A DNA stretch of 38,114 nucleotides, taken from the IMG/VR virus record IMGVR_UViG_3300038379_000845, positions 1 to 38,114 of that record; one strand, given 5' to 3'. The notes under the pieces are model-generated. The model saw nothing but the letters and a program-made list of their open reading frames with translations, searched no databases and had not been told where the DNA came from. The translations under genes were made by a program, and so were the position numbers. The DNA is from a virus. Taxonomy: Duplodnaviria; Caudoviricetes. Shown piece by piece: positions 35,707-38,114 of this stretch (positions are counted from its first letter, which is position 1; the number at the start of each line of letters is the position of its first letter).

Positions 35707-36180
35707 ATGAATGGCGTGTTTAATATTGCCAAGGGCCGTGTCGGTGAATTCTACAATCGAGTCAAATCCAATGATCCGGCCAACTCGGCCCTGGTACTCT
35801 GTCTTTTCACGGGTGCCGGGACAGACGCGACTTTGCGTGATCTCGATACTCTGGCGGCGATCGAGGCCGATGCCGGTTTCGCGGAAGTTGTGCATGCGAG
35901 CTATGCTCGCAAGGTTCTGACCGACAGTGATTTGGCGGCATTACCAGCACCGGACGATGCCAACGATAAATATGTACTCGATCTACCTAATCAAATTTGG
36001 CTGGCATTAGCCGGAGGTGCGTCTATCACCAGACTAATCGTCGGCTATGATCCTGACACGACCGCAGGGACGGATGCCAACATCATCCCATTGACTTTCC
36101 ATGATTTCGTCACCACCGCGTCTGGTGCCGACGTCACGGCCAATTTCAACGCCAATTGGTTTGAAGCCACTGAGCCATAA
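35707..36180 (+). CDS. Putative virion structural protein
   Basis: AAGGAG RBS; FNIAKGR...YARKVLT...PDDAND...IPLTFHDF resembles minor tail proteins. Confidence 0.65.
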   Translation: MNGVFNIAKGRVGEFYNRVKSNDPANSALVLCLFTGAGTDATLRDLDTLAAIEADAGFAEVVHASYARKVLTDSDLAALPAPDDANDKYVLDLPNQIWLALAGGASITRLIVGYDPDTTAGTDANIIPLTFHDFVTTASGADVTANFNANWFEATEP

Positions 36181-36203
36181 ATCCTGATCGACGATGAAGC
36201 GTT

Positions 36204-37349
36204 ATGGGCGCCGTCACGGAATATTACGTTAATCTGGCAACTGGGAACGATACCACCGGAAATGGTACCTCTGGTAATCCATGGCTCACGATCCAGAAAG
36301 CTCTAAACACCATCACGCGGGACGCCACGAATGGCGATCGAATCAATTGTGCCAGTTCCGGCACGAATTCCGCCGCCTTGAGTTTCACGACGTACTCGTC
36401 GGGTGGTGGCACCCAGGCCGCACCGTTGATCATCGAGGGCTATACGACGACCGCCGGCGACGGCGGTAGGGCAGCGATTAACTGCAATGGAGCGTCCTTC
36501 ATCAATTCGGCGGTGGTCGAAGGCGTTTACCTGTGCGACCTCGATCTATCAAATTCAAATACCGGCGCCGGTCAGCCCTGTGTCCAGCTCGACAAACATA
36601 GTGGTTTGTTCCGTTGTACCATCCGGGACGCCTACTACGGTTATCAGTTAGCCAATTCGTACCCGCATTTTTGCGTCGCCTGCGGGTTCACGGAAATCGA
36701 TCAGACTGCGATTCTGTCCGATCACGAGCATGATCTAATCACTGACAATTGGATCGTGGATGGGTCGACTCTTAAGCTGGGTGGATATGGTATCAGCGTC
36801 CCAGGGACTGGCGCGAACATCCACCGCAACATCATTTCGCTCGCGTCAGGATCGGCCGCTTCTGGGATCGGATGCGTTAGCGTAATTACCCAGGACGCCT
36901 CAATCACACATAATTCGATCTTTGGTCCTAACGGGACTGGTCGCGGAATCTACCTCGTGGTGGGCACTGGCGATCCTCCGGCACTGGTAGCGAATAATTT
37001 AATCCAAGGATTTAACGGAGCCGGTGGCGATGGGATCGAAATCAGCGGGACGACGCGCAGCGCTATCGTCATGGACGGCAACTGCGTCAGTGACGCGACC
37101 ACCAAATACAATCTGGGCGAGAACATTCTTTTGCCCATGCTGGACAACGAGTCACTGAGCGGTAATGTGTTCGCTTTTTCTGGTGCGAACACATTTGCCA
37201 ATCGATTCACTTACTGGGCACCATTGGATGTCGGCAATGTGTGGGCAGGTGCATTTCCGCAGGGCTCTGGAAGAGACAAAGGCGCGGTGCAGCACGTGGC
37301 GGCCGCGGCACAAACGCTACTCATCAGTAGAAAGAGACGGGTGATATAA
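36204..37349 (+). CDS. Right-handed beta-helix repeat protein
   Basis: YYVNLATGNDTTGNGTSGNPWLTIQKAL N-cap, repeated I..N.I / GI motifs, and C-terminal DKGAVQ. Confidence 0.75.
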   Translation: MGAVTEYYVNLATGNDTTGNGTSGNPWLTIQKALNTITRDATNGDRINCASSGTNSAALSFTTYSSGGGTQAAPLIIEGYTTTAGDGGRAAINCNGASFINSAVVEGVYLCDLDLSNSNTGAGQPCVQLDKHSGLFRCTIRDAYYGYQLANSYPHFCVACGFTEIDQTAILSDHEHDLITDNWIVDGSTLKLGGYGISVPGTGANIHRNIISLASGSAASGIGCVSVITQDASITHNSIFGPNGTGRGIYLVVGTGDPPALVANNLIQGFNGAGGDGIEISGTTRSAIVMDGNCVSDATTKYNLGENILLPMLDNESLSGNVFAFSGANTFANRFTYWAPLDVGNVWAGAFPQGSGRDKGAVQHVAAAAQTLLISRKRRVI

Positions 37350-37807
37350 TGCAGGGCGTCTACATTGCTCAAGCCACGATCACAGGGGTCGCGTCACCAC
37401 AGACATTGTTGTATTGCAACGTAGATCCGGCGTTAGTGATCGAGATTTTAAGTGCCGATGTCACCGTACTCGATGTCCTCACGAACGAGAAATTAGTCTG
37501 TGAGATAGTTCGCGTGGCGACTGAGGGAAGCCCCGCGGGAACGTCCCTTACCCCGAAGGGCACTGAAAACCTGTCATCAAACTATTCGGCTTGGCTCGCT
37601 GATTTGACGGTTGAACCAACGTCGTATCAAGCGGACGTAAATGCGTTCGGCCGCCGCGGAGATAGCAACCAGGCCGGATGGGAGTATACTCCACTCCCCG
37701 AGGAGCGGCCGATTTTCTCGCCTGGAGCGGCGTTCGGCTTGCGACTCATGGAAGCCATCAGCACTTCTAAAGTGCATGCACGAATCACGTTTCGCGAAAT
37801 AGGATAG
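37349..37807 (+). CDS. Hypothetical (probably structural) protein
   Basis: 152 aa; TAATG coupling to the previous gene. Confidence 0.7.
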   Translation: MQGVYIAQATITGVASPQTLLYCNVDPALVIEILSADVTVLDVLTNEKLVCEIVRVATEGSPAGTSLTPKGTENLSSNYSAWLADLTVEPTSYQADVNAFGRRGDSNQAGWEYTPLPEERPIFSPGAAFGLRLMEAISTSKVHARITFREIG

Positions 37808-37813
37808 TGGATC

Positions 37814-38114
37814 GTGCGATATGGACCGACATCGTATTTCCGCCTCGGAGCGGTAGCATCTCGCACGCAGCAGCGCTCGACGTCGGCATATGATCGGCCG
37901 CGCAGGAGGTTCGTTTATCTCGCTGCGGAAAACGAAATCATTGTCGGGGTAGCCTCCGAGCGTGACTTCGCCGCCACTATCCACATCGATGTCCACCTGG
38001 TCGTCGGAATCGCGACCGAAAAGGATCTTGCCAGCCAGGTCTCCCTCGGTGCTGAGCTGGCTGTCGGGATCGCCTCCGAGCACGACGTCGCCGCCACGGT
38101 TCACATCGATGTCC
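37814..38114 (+). CDS. 5' part of the repeat-containing protein (runs off the right end)
   Basis: Open from GTG 37814: ...IIVGVASERDFAATIHIDVHLVVGIATEKDLASQVSLGAELAVGIASEHDVAATVHIDV. Confidence 0.65.
   Translation, partial: MRYGPTSYFRLGAVASRTQQRSTSAYDRPRRRFVYLAAENEIIVGVASERDFAATIHIDVHLVVGIATEKDLASQVSLGAELAVGIASEHDVAATVHIDV

Noticed and set aside
37577-38104. 175-aa minus-strand ORF with repeats
   Set aside because: Shadow of the plus-strand repeat gene, which follows operon direction and continues at position 2.

Overview
The window looks like a near-complete, circularly permuted genome of a temperate HK97-like tailed phage. One repeat-protein gene runs off the right end and resumes at position 2. 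The host is probably a Planctomycete; this is inferred from a CsrA homolog, a PEP-CTERM-like protein and a papain-like protease. Gene order: HNH-terS-terL-portal-Clp protease-capsid, head/tail genes, tail chaperone with a -1 frameshift, tape measure and tail genes; a glycosyl/methyl/sulfotransferase cluster; a tailspike; a truncated integrase fused to a tRNA 3' half (attP-like); an XRE regulator and early promoter; recombination/replication genes; and a second block of structural-like genes. The standout is a compact phage-borne CRISPR system in the early region. It has a candidate tracrRNA, a 438-aa Cas12f-like protein lacking all three RuvC catalytic positions and the zinc finger, an uncharacterised coiled-coil ORF, and a leaderless array of 25 36-nt repeats, with no cas1/cas2. 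Four spacers match this phage's own tape-measure gene, and all 20 mismatches are synonymous. Several other spacers translate to capsid- or terminase-like motifs. This suggests RNA-guided, non-cutting interference against sibling phages. A solitary type I-like repeat sits just downstream of the early promoter. All family calls were made by eye from motifs; no database searches were run.
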